The notes: generated from the sequence alone by a model not told the origin. A stretch of DNA of 64,000 nucleotides from the human T2T-CHM13v2.0 reference genome, Homo sapiens (GCF_009914755.1 NC_060925.1); one strand, 5' to 3'; positions 16,786-32,771 are shown, numbered from the stretch's first letter. Made by a program: numbers and translations.

Positions 16786-17858
16786 AATAATTTATTTACA
16801 TAATCTCAGTTGACCTTTATGACAACATCAAAAGATAGGGAGGTATGAAACATTTGCCTGCAGTCCAGAGCTGACTCCTAAGCCCTTGCTATCCCATACC
16901 TGCTTAGATGCTCTAACTTCTTCGAGGACCTGGAGGCTTTGTCTCTCCTGTGATACGGTGGGCTGCTCCCCCTCCACACTTTTACCTGAGATGCTTGTCA
17001 AATGCTGACTGAAGGAACAGATAAGCCAACAGATGGGAGGGTGGTTTCCAAAGGGACTGGCTGCCTCTGCAAAGCTCTCTGGACCCATCTGGAGCCTCAA
17101 ACCACTGCACACCGAGCCTGTGAGCAAATCTGCAGAGCCTAGCTCTGCCTTACAGCTCCAACGTGCACAGTGGGCAGCACAATGACATCCTCTTCCTTCA
17201 TTGAGACTTCAAACTTCTCCGATATGATGTGGCACAGACATCTGTGACCAACTGCAATTTTCTAAATAAGTGTGTCTGTTTGTAAACCACAGTGGGCCCA
17301 TTATCTGAATGGAGAGGTGTAGTGCTGGGGAACAGAAGTGATTCAACTTCATTCCCCAAGCATTTCAGATCAAAGTCATGAAGAACTTTCTAGCAGGCAA
17401 GCCTTCCACAGCACAGTCTTCTCTGAGGAAGTAATGGGCTCTTGCTACTAGAGATGGGGGAGCAGAACATGGACAACTATCTGGGGAGTCAGAGGAAATT
17501 CAGGGTTATCTTGAAATTCCATCCCAACCTTGAGAGTCTAGGATCAGCTGGGTGCCTATAGGAAAAGCTGTAATAAGCTAAGTATTGTGGGGCCATGTTG
17601 GGAGAAGTAGCCCATCTCTAGGGAGCTTTGAAAGAGTAGGGGAGAGAAGAAACATGGGCAGAACTGCTGAAACCAAGGAATTGCCAAGCCAGAGTCCAGT
17701 GTTTGCCTCAAAGATGCCAGGGGGGATGTGGAGGAAGGGCCAGGTTTTCCTCCCATTATCCAACCTTGAAGAAATATACCTCTCATCCATAAATGTATTG
17801 AAACCTTTGAAAATCAGTTTATGTTTGTGGTTTTTACCGCATTTGGACAGATATATCA

Positions 17859-18357
<499 letters not shown>

Positions 18358-18808
18358 TAAAAATCACTTGTAATTTATACTGAGCTGTTTCCCAAAAGAA
18401 ATTAAGACAGTGCTCTTGTTACCATGTGAAGCAATACTCCAGCTGAAAGGAACGTGGCTTAGCAGACTTGCTCAACCTTCTAACCCGCAGCTGGGACTGT
18501 GGAAAGTTGGTTCAAAGAAGAGAAAACATTTCCTTCAGGAGCCCACTGGGCTGGGATTGCCAATGTGAGGTGGCATTTGACCTGGTGGCTCAGGTGGGTG
18601 ATTTGAAATCAGCTTGGATTTAAAAAGACCCTTTCTCTAGGTCAGTTAGTCCTCAAACTTTGGTGGCTATGAGACTCAAGTGGGGAATCTGGTCAAGCCA
18701 CAGAGATCCAGACCCTATCCTACATCTGGAAACCTGGATCTGTGTGTGCTTTGTTAGAGCTCTAAGGGCTTCTAACACATAGTAGCATTCACAACTGCCC
18801 TTCCTACA

Positions 18809-18991
18809 ACAGTTGTCCTCAAGGATTAGTGAGTGTCAGAGTCACCAGGAGAGTTTGTTAACATTTGTATTGCTGGGCCCACCCCTGTTTCTGAGTTGGT
18901 ACTTCTCAGGTAGGGCCAGGTAGCTTCTATTTCTAACAAGTTCCCAAGCGATGCTGAGGCTGGTCCAGGGCACACATTTTGAGAACCACTG
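18809..18991. mobile_element. MER5A-like (hAT-Charlie)
   Basis: cagttgtcctcaa...ttgagaaccactg termini; tttctaacaagttccca core. Confidence 0.8.
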
Positions 18992-19499
18992 CTCAAGATC
19001 CAGCTCTTCTTCCATGTGGAGAGGGCAAGTGGAGGCACAGAGGGGTGACATGAGCCACTCCAAGGCCTTACAGCTAATTAAAGGCAGCAATGAGGCCAGA
19101 AGCCACTTCTCCTGCCCCAAAACTGAGTGCTCAGTCGCTTTAGTTTTGTTTTCTTCTTTTAATTTTTTTTTTCTGAGACATCATTCAGATGTTACCAAAT
19201 CAGTCACCTTAGTTTTTAATCCTCACTATCATGCTAACATCTAACACTTGGATAGCATTTTGTGACGTGTAAAGTGTTTCCACCTCTCCCAGGATATTTT
19301 AATTTTCATCTTCATAACTGCCTCAGGAGACTGAAGGGCAGGTATCATCATTTAGAGATGTAGGAACTGAGGCTTACGGACATTTGATGACTTGCCCAAA
19401 GTCAAACAGTTATAGTTTGTCAAAATAGATATTCAGGTAGGCCTTCTAATTCCAAATCTGGTTGTCCACTCCCTGAAGCTGACTTCATTTGTCAGAATA

Positions 19500-19720
19500 A
19501 TGAGAAACTTACTATGAGCCAGGCATTGTGCTAAGCACTTTACCTATATTAACTTATTTAATCCTCACAACAATTCTACATAGGTTCTAGTATTATACCC
19601 ATTTTACAGATGAGAAAACTGAAGGACAGAGAAGTTAAGTAACTTGCCCGAGGTACACAGTAAGTAGAGAAACCAAGATTTGAATCCAGTGAATACAGCT
19701 TCAGAGTCCCCATTCTTATG
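19500..19720 (-). mobile_element. MIR (a second MIR at ~19240-19460)
   Basis: cccattttacagatgagaaaactga core. Confidence 0.8.
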
Positions 19721-19802
19721 GAATATAACATTTATTTGGTTCAAGATGAGCTAGGAATGACTATTTGCAAAGTAAAGCCTGGCATTCAGCTGAGACACTC
19801 AC

Positions 19803-19900
19803 TTTGACGGCATACTCTTTGCCATTCTGTAGGCTCACGGCACCTTGAACTTTGGCATAGGCTCCCTCTCCAAGCAATTCAGAGGTCAGCTTGTACATAT
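19803..19900 (-). CDS. MKNK1: MKNK1 exon 4 ([18 protein letters not shown]...YAVK)
   Basis: ctAG|AT acceptor, AAA|GTGAGT donor, 98 nt; Gly-rich loop and catalytic Lys. Confidence 0.97.
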
Positions 19901-20211
19901 CTAGAGGTGAAATGGATGAGAGGAATAACAAGATGAGTCACCCTACTGCAAGCTCAGATGGGAAGAACTTTTGTGGCTCAGCTTCCCTGATCAGACGACA
20001 CAGGCACCCAATGACTCTAGCACTCAGTGACAAGGAAGACAAGTAGCTTTCCCAGCCACCTGAGGACCAGTTTCTCAACAACAAGACCACATACAAGGCA
20101 TCCTGTTCCTCATTTTAGCGATGAGGTTAGCAAAAGGGTCTCAATTCGGCACATACTTCCTGAATATCTACTATGTGCCAGACAGCATAACAGAGTAAGG
20201 AATAAAATAAA

Positions 20212-20335
20212 GGCCAGGTGCAGGGGCTTACACCTGTAATCCTAGCACTTTGGGAGGCCAAGCCAGGAGGATTGCTTGAGGCCAGGAGTTCAGAACCAAT
20301 CTGGCCAACATAGCAAGACCCCATCTCTAAAATAT
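20212..20335 (+). mobile_element. FLAM inside an L2 fragment
   Basis: Single Alu left arm. Confidence 0.75.
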
Positions 20336-20498
20336 ATATACGCATGATCCCTCTCCTCTAAGGGTCGCAGTCCAGTGGGGAAGACAGACACATACACAGG
20401 TGACCCCAGAATAAACCAGGCATTGGTAAATACTATCACAGAGGGACAAAGTACAGTTAAAAAAAAAAGTTGGGGGAAGAAAGGGTTAAATCTGTTCA

Positions 20499-20831
<333 letters not shown>

Positions 20832-21459
20832 TCATCAGAGGAGAAGTGGTATGATTTGAATGAATATTCATTTACTCATTTACTGAGCACCTATTATGTG
20901 CCAAGTTCTGTGTAAGCACTGGCTATACAAAGGAGAATAAAACACTGTTCTATTTTATACCCCATACATGGAAGTCATTGGAGGCTTCTGAGAAGTCTCC
21001 AGAAGTCACCCACAGGAAATAGAAGTAGGATGCAAAGGACGCCTTGAGGTTTTTAGGGTACTGAGTCATAGTTGTTCTAACAGAGTAATAGACCTGGGTT
21101 AAAGGAACATCTAGATGACCTGCCCAAGCTCACAAAGAGCACAGCTCTTTGAGCCCCTTCCAAAGGAGGCTACATCTCCATCACAGCACTAGCTGCCTGA
21201 CCTCATCCCCACTCGGCCTCCATTCTTCAGCCTTTTCCTCTTGAGGCACCTAGCATTGAAACCCACAGCCTGAGCAGAAGACATTTCAACCATGAATTAG
21301 ATTTTATCACTCTCAGTCAGGAGAAGTCCTGTCATTGCACAAGCTGTCCTTAAAAATAGGAAGTACTCTCTTGTGTTAACTGAAAGAGCAAAAGAGCTGT
21401 TGATTAGGAAACTATTTGAATACCTTGGGATCTTTGTCTCTCCCCCATCCCCATACCCT

Positions 21460-21493
21460 GACACACACAGACACACACACACAGACACACACC
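21460..21493 (+). repeat. Interrupted (CA)n microsatellite
   Basis: acacacacagacacacacacacagacacacac. Confidence 0.8.
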
Positions 21494-22499
21494 CCTGCTG
21501 TTTGAGTTAAAGGCAAACAAAAAACCCCTGCTGAAAGTACCTTCTTGGTTCCATCACGGTTTGGTCTTTCAGTTGTTTATAAGAGCAGATGGCACACTGT
21601 TATTCGTAAGTGTTTTAAATGACATGCTTCTCACAATGGACACATTGGCATTAGCCCTTTACACATATCAGGATAGGTGGGTGGCTGGAGGTCCCATATT
21701 CCCAACCGATAAAGTGCTTGTTATTGGAACCACTTTACAGAACAGCCAATTCACTAGTGTGTCTGGAAGGCTGGAAGGAGGGACCAAGAGGCGAAGCTAC
21801 TTCAGACCTCACAACGAAAGAAAACAAAACAGATGAAGTGGGGCACGTTACTCCTAGGAGTAGCTACTGATCCTCTTGGTGCTTTGCACAAGTGTCCAAT
21901 CACCCCATCACATGCCCAGTGATAACAGGACCCACACTGAGCCTAGTGCCTCGCACACAGAGAGTGTCAAAAAATGTCTGATGACCCAACATCGTTTCTA
22001 CTGAACACAACACGTATTCTTTAAAATGTAGTCAAACACACACAGCATAAGTAGCTACAATCTGAGAGACAAATTCTCTGCTTACAGGAGACTGAAGTTT
22101 CATTTGCGGCCATGGCCTTTGGTGTTTCTCTCTTCCTCTTATATAGTTCTATCTCTCAGCAGCCCCTCCAGGAATAGCTGAGGGAAGAATCACATCTGAA
22201 AAAAGGAAGACCCCAGGCAATGCCACTGATAGATGGGTCTTCCTGCTCCCTGAAAAGGAAGCAGTACCTGAGCCATTCACAGGAGGCCAGTGCATCATCT
22301 GAGAGCTTTTTCCATCCCTGCTCTCTTTCTGTAATGCCCTGTGTAAACTCCCTCATCCCCATCTTATCTCCCTACCACACAGATAACCACCATCTGGCTC
22401 TAACTTGACGCATTCTGTGATCGGACCTGTGGCTCCCGGGATGCTCCTCCCATGCTTGGGAAGCTGCAGGCCCAGATATAGGGAAGTTGTGTGACCAAC

Positions 22500-22601
22500 C
22501 TTCAAACTTTCCTGGCAAGGAGTCAGTGGCCCGGCCCCTCCGCTTCTTCTTCCTCCTCCTGTCACCATCTGCGATGGGAAGGGGTTCGCTACTGCCCATC
22601 T
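22500..22601 (-). CDS. MKNK1: MKNK1 exon 3 (EMGSSEPLPIADGDRRRKKKRRGRATDSLPGKFE); second in-frame ATG at 22599
   Basis: ctAG|AG acceptor, AAG|GTTGGT donor, 102 nt phase 1-1; polybasic eIF4G/importin-binding stretch. Confidence 0.97.
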
Positions 22602-24240
22602 CTAGGAGATAAGAGGAGATGTAAGGGAAACATCACTGTACTGATCAAGCTGTAAATTTACCCAGAAGGAAAAAAAAAAGGTAGTGGGGGAGGACCCAGG
22701 AGGTTTACACTGATGGTTTTTAAATATCTGTGAAGACTATTGATTTGTTTTGACCTAGGAGGAAAAACTAAAGGCAAAGCCATTATGGGAGATCATTAAC
22801 TGTGGAAAGGAGCTCAGACAGGCAGGCTAGATTAAAAGAGGCCAGCGGAAGCCTGCTTTAACCAAGCTCATTAGCGCGTGGATTTAGATCTGCCACTGGT
22901 CAAACCATATTCCCCAAACAGAACAATGACTCCATAGGCAGAACCCCACCTGTGACATCCTCCAGCCTCAGCATCAGAAAGGCAAAACCGAGAGAGCTAG
23001 GCAAGAAGGGGGTTGGGAGTGGGGGACCATGCAGATGAGTCATAGGCTCAGCAACATCGCTATGGATGCACACAGGGCACAAATGGCCTGGAATGGAGAC
23101 AGCCTCTGTGAAGGTAGCAATAGGGCTGGGGTTCAAAATAGCCCCAAATTACTTCATGTCCAAGAGCACGGACTTGAGTGCCTATGGAGCCTACGGCATC
23201 CTCTCCTCCCATAGCTCCTCCATCGGAAGGGCTGCAGGTAGTGCCCATTCAGAAGTCGGCAGTTGACAGGTCTGTGCCAGGCTGCTGGATGAGGTCACTT
23301 ATTGCAAAAAACCTTATTATCTTTCATTGGCAAGCACCTGGCTCCCAATCTTAAAAGGAGGATTTGTGAGGCAGGCATTCAGACACTGCACAGATTGGGC
23401 AGAAAAAGTCCGGATGGAAAGAATAAGCAGGACACTGAGATAGGAAAGAGAAAAGGAGGAACAGTGAACCAGTGCCCAATCACAGTCCTGTTTCTAAGAC
23501 ACTCTAGTATGGGCCTTTCCCTGTTAAAGATAAATTACTTATAGAACATGTCATGCCCCTGATCCAGAGTGGAGCTTTAATACTCTTTGCCTGCAGTTAG
23601 AAATAATAAGATTTCTCCGAAGTCTCTGGGTCTAAATCCCCACCAGCGTGATTAAACCTTTACATCCTTCTAAAATAGAGGCACTCGAGTGCTGATGGGG
23701 CATACGATGTGAGAGACTTTTAGACCAACCTTCAATAAACACAGGCTCTTGGTTGTTGGTGTTTTTTTTTTTTTTTCTTTCTTTTTTTTCTGAGAGCTTT
23801 TAAAATGGAAGCTGGTTCTTTGCCCATTGAGGGGAAAGGCCCACTCTCTTCTCAGAGGATCTGGCGGCATACGACCAGAGAAAGAGCAAGTCTGCTAGGA
23901 AGACTGATTAGTGCTCATGCAGGTCCATACACTGTTCTCAGACGCAAGTACGTGACAGCCATCCGGAGAGAGCACACAGGATGGCACTTTCAACACCACA
24001 ATCCAGAAAGCATGGTTACGCAGCCAAGTGCCTGACAGCTCAATTTAGGCGCATTCTTCCATCCATTTTGGGGATCTGATGACAGCACATTTTAAATTAT
24101 AGTTTAGAATGGGGAACAGATAAACACACAGATAAAAGAAATCCACAGAGCATCTCAAAATATAACTCTAGCCAAGAGCTTCAAACACAAGATATATCTG
24201 GGGACTGCAACACCCTATGAATTGAAAGAATTAAACATCT

Positions 24241-24547
<307 letters not shown>

Positions 24548-26046
24548 TCAACACCCACCCTCACCAAGGTAAATTAAAAGGAAAAAAGCTGCCCAAATGT
24601 ATAACATGGTGAGAAATTCAGCAGAAATAAAACACAGGGTCACTCATCTTCAGGAGCTCAGGGAGGGGGTGCTGGCCATCGGGGCAGCAGGCTGAGAAGG
24701 AGGAACCATTGTCTCTCTCTCTTGCGCTGACCTTGAATGCAGTCCAGTGGCAACCCGTGTCTGCATCTATTTTCTCATCGGCACCGCAGGCCCAGTGCAG
24801 AGGAAACAGATTTGGGTTTCAGCTCTTTCTCCTTCCCCTGTCCACACTTTGATGGAGGGCCCCAGGACAAGCAAAACAGCCAAAAGACAGGCAGAGCAGA
24901 GGAGCAGCAAGAGGGCTGGAGGCATTATAATTCACAGGGGACACTCAGGCACACGACTCTAATGAGAAAACCCTGTTAGCGACAATTTATACTTGGTCTT
25001 TACCACAGCAGGGCTGAGGGAGCCGCTTGCACGAGAAGCATACCTCACAGCACCACCGCACACGTAACATTAGATTTTATGGCTTCACACACACACAAAG
25101 ACAGAGTACCTGGTATATTCTGCATGGATTTCAATGAAAGAGGGTACGCCAGAAGGGACAAATGGTTAAGACTTTCCTTGGAAATGGAACTTGGAGAGTT
25201 GTTTCTGAAACTAGGAAGGAAAAAATGTAGGAAGATGGGTGAAGTGAAAGAAACATGCTTAGCTTCCCTGGTTACACAGGGGGAAGCGAGAGGTGTCATA
25301 ATCTCACCAAGGGGTCGCTAGTTGCCCATGTGGAGCCTGGCCACACACTATTTTCATCACAGAGTCCACTAGCAGGTCTGTGGGGCCTTAATTCATCATG
25401 CAAACACTCATGGGATAAATGCTGCCTCAGGGAGTGGGACCCCCGCAGTAAAGCTGCACCTTGGCTCACCTGCTTCCCTTGGCCTAGGAATTCTTCTTGG
25501 TCATCAAAAGCCGGCTCGATAGTCCCAACCCTTTTGCAGCTCCCTGATAACTCCAGATGAGTTAAGGTTTCTACAGAGACTCTGGAAGTCAGTTAGGTGC
25601 TATGCAAATGGAGGGTGTTACTGAGCAGAACTAGTAGTTGGTGCTCCATCCTCTGCTCCCAAACACCCTGCGAGAAGCTCCACGAGGGCACTGATTTTAT
25701 TTGGCCTTGAGTGCTCCCCTGTGTTCCTAAAGGCTGAGATTGTCCCCTGTTCACTTGTTTCTCCTACAGATCATGGCACAGTGTCAGACACATAGCAGCC
25801 ATCAGAAATTGCACTGAAATAGAAATGATATGAAATGACATGCATACTGTTAGGTGTGGGGTATGTCACACTGGCCTTTTAGGTACCCAGTGCACATCCT
25901 GAAACATGGGTACAACTTTGCCCTGTAGACAATGCAGAGTAAGGCTACTTAGTTTTATGAATCCAGTTCAGGAATTCTACTAATTCCTGGATAAACTCCC
26001 TTTCGAAAAAGGGTCTAGGACACAAAACGTCCTTCACTTTCTTATC

Positions 26047-26343
26047 TTTTCTTTTCTTTTTGAGATGGAGTCTTGCTCTGTCACCCAAGCTGGAATGCAG
26101 TGGAGTGCAGCTCAGTACAACCTCTGCCTCCCGGGTTCAAGCGATTCTCCTGCCTCAGCCTCCAGAGTAGCTGGGACTACAGGCACATGCCACCATGTCC
26201 GGCTAATTTTTTGTACTTTTTAGTAGAGACGGGGTTTCGCCATGTTGGCCAGGCTGGTCTCAAACTCCTGACCTCAGGTGATCCGCCTGCCTTGGCCTCC
26301 CAAAGTGCTGGGATTACAGACGTGAACCACTGCGCCCAGCCAG
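26047..26343 (-). mobile_element. AluSx with small internal deletion
   Basis: TSD GTCCTTCACTTTCT on both sides. Confidence 0.92.
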
Positions 26344-26742
26344 GTCCTTCACTTTCTAAACAGAAGCCTGGTTCTTGCTATAGGATTGGGCAATGTGTCT
26401 GTTATTACAGAGGAAGAAGTGAGCACTTCTTTTCAGTTTCAGGCAGATCCCAGCTGGTCTGGAGGCTCCCAGCACTTCCGCTGCCTCCAGCCCTTGCCTT
26501 CCTCTTGGGAACGGCTCGGCGGTCCACCACATGTGTCTATTAGTGGAGGTGGAAGTGGAACTGAAGAAGCAGCATGCTGCTTGCTGACAGGGAAGGCACA
26601 CAGGCTTGGCATCAGGCGAGCAAGGCAGAAGCCCTGGTTCAGATATTATAACAGAACCAAGGCCAAGTTACTGTGCCTCTTAGAGTCTCAGTTTCCTCAT
26701 CTATCAAATAGGTTTAAAAACACACCCGCCCTGTCTACCTCA

Positions 26743-27192
<450 letters not shown>

Positions 27193-27757
27193 CTACAATT
27201 TTAAAAAGTGCCAACTACATGGATATTCTGTACATATTATCTCTAATTCTTATCATAATCTCAAAAGGTAAATATTTTTGCCATATTTCAGGTAAGGAAA
27301 GAAGCTCAGAGCAGGCAGCCAGTAGATTAAATAACCTACCCAATGCCAAACATCTAGTTAGTGGTTTAACTGGGATTCAAACTCAATGCTGCTCTTTCAA
27401 GTCCAGACCATTTCTAATCCATAAGAGTTTTCTCTATGTGATGGGGTGATTTTTATTTTCTTTTTTATATTTTCAGTATTCTCTAAATTGTACACAATGA
27501 AATTTATTTTTCCTGCTATTATTGTTTAACTCACGTTTTATTTTTAAATAAAGTACACCATAATCTTTCTCTAATACACATTGGAATTTGGTATCTGATT
27601 TTAGTTTTTAAAAATGTTTCTAGATTTCTCTGTATTAAAATTCAACATTCAGTGATGAAAGAAACATTTTAGGAATATTGGTGCCATGAAGATACTAATT
27701 TCGCAATCATTCAAAACAACCAATGTTATTTTTATTTTTTAAAAAATGCTACTTCTT

Positions 27758-28056
27758 GGCCGGGCGTGGTGGCTCACGCCTGTAATCCCAGCACTTTGGG
27801 AGGCCGAGGCGGGCGGATCACGAGGTCAGGAGATCGAGACCATCTTGGCTAACACGGTGAAACCCCATCTCTACTAAAAATACAAAAAATTAGCCGGGCG
27901 AGGTGGCGGGCGCCTGTAGTCCCAGCTATTCGGGAGGCTGAGGCAGGAGAATGGCGTAAACCCCGGGGGGCGGAGCCTGCAGTGAGCCGAGATCGCGCCA
28001 CTGCACTCCAGCCTGGGCGACAGAGCGAGACTCCGTCTCAAAAAAAAAAAAAAAAA
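27758..28056 (+). mobile_element. Young AluY (AluYe5-like)
   Basis: Nearly all CpGs intact; gcgAggtggcg and CCCCGGGGGGCGGAGCCTGC variants; 17-bp TSD. Confidence 0.93.
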
Positions 28057-28299
28057 TGCTACTTCTTAAAAGTAAATATTTTATAAAAACAAATGAAAAA
28101 ATGTGCTGAACATTGGAGCCTGAGAGCTATGGCTCTCCTCCACTGCACGAACTGCAGCAAGCTGCTTAGCTTCTCTGAGGATCAGTTTCCTTGTATATGA
28201 AATGAGGTAAGCAGAAGGCCTGGGCTGCCCATGCCACAAGGCTGCTGTGAGGATCAAATAAGAGACTAGAAGTGAAAGCACCACTGACTTACTCTTCAA

Positions 28300-28680
28300 T
28301 AATGCTATATTTATTGGGCACCTACTGATCGTCTGGTGCTAGACAGTGAGAGTATAAGAGAAGACACAGTCTCTTCCCTGATGGCGTTTAAATCTGCTGC
28401 TGACGCTTAAAACAATTTCAACATAGTAGGACAAGTGCTGGGACAGGGAGGTACCAGGTGCTGTGGAGCAGGAGAGAGGAAGCTAACCCAGTTGGGTAAC
28501 TAGAGGAAGACACAGCTAAGCCTCAATACCTGAGGGATGAGTGGGACAGGGCTGAGGCCTGGAAGAGAGTGTCCCAGACCAAGGAAGGGCACAGGCTGAG
28601 GCCTGGAGGAGGGACACAGGGCCGGTGGGGGCCACTGGTGATCACTCAGGCTGGCAGGGGCACAGAGCACATGGGAGGAG
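28300..28680 (-). mobile_element. L2 fragment
   Basis: tttattgggcacctact... reverse L2 3' end, highly diverged. Confidence 0.55.
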
Positions 28681-29624
28681 GGATGACATTAGCTCACAAG
28701 CAGTCTCATCGTCATCGATGATAATAAATGTCTCCATTCCTAGGCATACGTTTATCTTGTTTTCTCCATTAAAATAGGAATGCATGTTTCGTCTCTTTGT
28801 AAAACCTGTGAGTGAACGAGCACTGATGGTACTGAAGGTATAGTAAGTGTGAAGGATACAGATCCAGGAATCATCCTGGTTCCTGCAGGGGAGATTTACA
28901 GAGAACTCATAGAGCAGATGAGGAAGGGTTATGGAGGCTCCCTAGAAGGACTACTGCAGCACAGAGATTCCTGACATGCAAGCATCCATCCACCATTCTG
29001 CTCCAGAAAGTGACCTCGAGGCCCACCCTCTGGAAGAACTGTGTTACTTCTCCATAGTCTTATGAGCCACATTGTCCCCAAAGGAACCAGATCTGTACTC
29101 CAAATTTTGAAGAGCCTGCAGAGAACTCATCAGCTTTCATATCTGTGCATGAAACCAGAGATGATCCTCTCCCCACTGAGAACCCGACTTTGCTGGCTAG
29201 CTCAGCTCTGCAAACTTAGCTCACACTCCTCTCCCAACCACTTCAGAATTCTTTTCAAGGTCTCCCCAACCTTTAAGAGCGATTTCCCTCAGCCACAAGA
29301 GCTTTCTTGAGAAGAAATAGTGGTGAGAGCAAGCAGAGAAGTGTAATTACCAACCCAGCTGCCTTCTCGGGCATCAGCTAGCTGAGCATTCCAAAACAAA
29401 TGGAGAACGGAGAAAATGATCAGGAACTGAGGGACTGAAAGGAAGTGTCATGGGCACTCTTAAGGAAGTGGCCAAGACTAAGAAATGTGACAGAGGAGGC
29501 AATGAGGGGGTACCTGGGGAGACTGACCCCAGAACATTTACATCTTTGAAGTAGTAGCCGGAGCAGTATTAGAGTCCACATGACTACTCCTAGTAGTGAC
29601 ATTACTCACACACACACATGCTGC

Positions 29625-29860
29625 TTACTGTAGGCCAGGCAGCATTCTAAGCACTTTACCAACGCTACACTTTACATATACTAACTTATTTAATCATCAC
29701 TACTTTATGAGCTAAGTATCCAGATTTTACAGATGAAGAAACTGAAGTACAAAGAGATTAAATGATTTGCTCAAGGTCGCATAGCTCGTAAGTGGCAGAG
29801 CTGAGATCTACATCTAGATGGTCTGGCTCAGAATTCAAGCTTTTAACCATTACACTGTAT
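29625..29860 (-). mobile_element. MIR
   Basis: attttacagatgaagaaactgaag core. Confidence 0.8.
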
Positions 29861-31189
29861 TTAAACCTTAATGCTGAAAGGCAGAAGGGGTAGCTAGTAA
29901 AAGTAGTCAGGCACCAATGAGAATGCTTTTGTTTATAAACCTTAGCACAGAGCTTCCCTGCTGATGTGCTGTGAATGAGGTATTGATCCCCTCATCAGGC
30001 CTCCAGTCACTCACTGTTACTTAGGTGTGCAGAACAGTATCATTTTCAGCGTGTGCTATGATGTGAAAAGGTTGGGCAGCACTGCCCTAGCTTCTGGAAA
30101 TATGAAGGCATTATTACCACATTATCATCGTCCTATTAATCAAAAACTTCATTTATCAGAAGTTTCTTCTTCTTGCTCTGAGCTTGCCTTGTATTTTGTG
30201 TTTTGTCATCTTATGAAAGATGAGCTACCAACCAAAGTCCACCTACATTATTTCATGGCAGTTCTGGTGTCAGGGACAGGCTACGTTCTTCTGTCTGACC
30301 CATTAGTGGGAAGATTTGGTTTTGTGGCATCATGATTATGCTGGGACAAGGAAAGGGTACACTCAAACAGACACTAGTCAGATTTAACACATGATGGATG
30401 AAAGGAGCCACTTGTAAAGTCAGCTCAATCAAAGGACCGTCTGTCCATAGCGATACTGCAAGGGGCTAAGGTATTCTTTCCCCAAGAGTCTGGTGTGAGG
30501 GGAGGCTGGGCTGCAGCATGCAGGTGGCAGCATTTCACTCCGCTGCAATGAAACTGGCAGGTGAGGCCTGCTAGGGTGCCAGCAAAGGATCCCCCACAGG
30601 CCTCAGACAGGACTGGGGGCCTGAGAGTCCTAGAGACAAAAGGTCACAACTCCAGTCCATCTTCTACCTCTGTTCTGATTCTGGGATCACAGGCAGCCTT
30701 CAGAGCTGTCACTGCATCTCCTGGTGGAAGGAACAAGAGGAAGGACATGGAAGGGGAGAATGAAGTGTGTGCTGAAGAAAGAGCAAGCAGGAGGAAAGGG
30801 CTGGATGGGAGTGGGGAGCAGCGTGTAGAAAGCTGACAAAGGTGGGCTGCGCTCAAGGCCCCCAAGCACAAACGCAGCCCACGAGGCTCTCCAACCCCAA
30901 GCCCCTGTCTACCTTCCAGCCTCAGCACCCAACACAGCCATTGTTTCATGTAAAAATGAAACTAGTGGCTAGTTTCACTTGCCATTCAAGGGATCCCACA
31001 TGTGCTTTTCCTTGCTTTTCCTTGAGTCAGGTGCTATACTTTGGTTTGCCGCAGAAGTACTTTATGAGCATTTCTATTTTGTTACACAGAATATTAAAGA
31101 GATCCGTACTCAGGGTTGGAATTCAATAAAACTGACAATTTTTGCTACTTCATCAAAGACATTCTTGTGTGAAAATGGCATTAAAAAAA

Positions 31190-31492
31190 AGCCGGGTGTG
31201 ATGGCTCATGCCTGTAATCCCAGCACTTTGCGAGGCTGAGGTGGGCAGACCACCTGAGTTCAGGAGTTCGAGCCCAGCCTGGCCAACATGGCAAAACTCT
31301 GTCTCTATTAAAAATACAAAAATTAGCTGGTTGTGGTGGCAGGTGTCTCTAATCTCAGTTACTCAGGAGACTGAAGCAGGAGAATCACTTGAACCCGGGA
31401 GGCGGAGGTTGCAGTGAGCCGAGGTCATGCTGTTGTAGTCCAGCCTGGGTGACAAAGTGAGACTCTATCTCAAAATAAAAACAAAAACAAAA
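31190..31492 (+). mobile_element. AluSx inserted in an old DNA-transposon-like fragment
   Basis: Alu consensus, (AAAAAC)n tail. Confidence 0.9.
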
Positions 31493-32406
31493 ACCTGGGA
31501 GTACATAGCAGTGGAGAATATAGTGGCTACTGGCACAGTTCAGCATCACCACCTTGACCAAGGCACCAACAGTCTTACTCATTGTTGCTTTCCAGCAACA
31601 GACAGCATCTTAGTACGATTACAAAAATCATTTTAACTGTGCAGATTCCTAAAGGAGTTTTGGGGACCCCCATGGTCTGCAGTGTATGCTGCGAACCACT
31701 GGCCTAGGTGATGGGGAGGGACTGGGTGTGACTGGAGCTGTGCCTGGGGGCCACAGAACTGACTGTGATGTGAAGAACAAACTGGAGGCTAGAGCAAGAG
31801 GGCTGAAAGAGGCTGCTGGAACAGCCCGGGGCAGGGTGAGAAAGGCCTACAACAGAGACAGGGAGAGCAGGGAGAGCAAGGAAGAGGAGGTGAGGTGTGT
31901 AACAGAGTGAGGGAATGAAGTCATCGAGGCAGAACTGGTTCTAGTCCTACCAAATGACTGAAGAAGGTGGGGGCAAAGACCACAGCCCTCCTTGAAGGAA
32001 GGGACAGTGTTTAATTCCTCTGTATCCCCACTGCCTAGCATGCAGCCAGGAAGAGGAGGGCCTCATATACTTATGATTACATGTTTATTAACCAAAGTCA
32101 GGTCACCATAACAACAGTAGGACCATCAAACAGGGGGAAAATTCAGGAAGTGGAGCTGGCTGGGGACGGGGAGCAGGGAAAGACAATGGCACCACCGGGG
32201 ACCTTCAGATGAAGAAGGGTGACACACAGCCACCAGGGACTATGAAAACTCACCGATCAGGCTAAAACCACTCTCACTCAGCCCTCATCTGACCCAAATC
32301 TGCAAATGAGGCATTATTCATAATCTCCCAGGCATGACAAAACCTCTGGTGACAGTGTAACACAGAACACTTCAAAATGTCATCATATATATCATATATA
32401 CGTTAA

Positions 32407-32645
<239 letters not shown>

Positions 32646-32771
32646 CAAATTATTAGCAATGGTTATTTGGGGAGGGACAGTGTCTAATTCCTCTCTATCC
32701 CCGCTGCCTAGTATGGAGCCAGGCAAAGAGGGGCTTCATATACTTCTGCTGTATTTTATCTTGTTTTGTTA

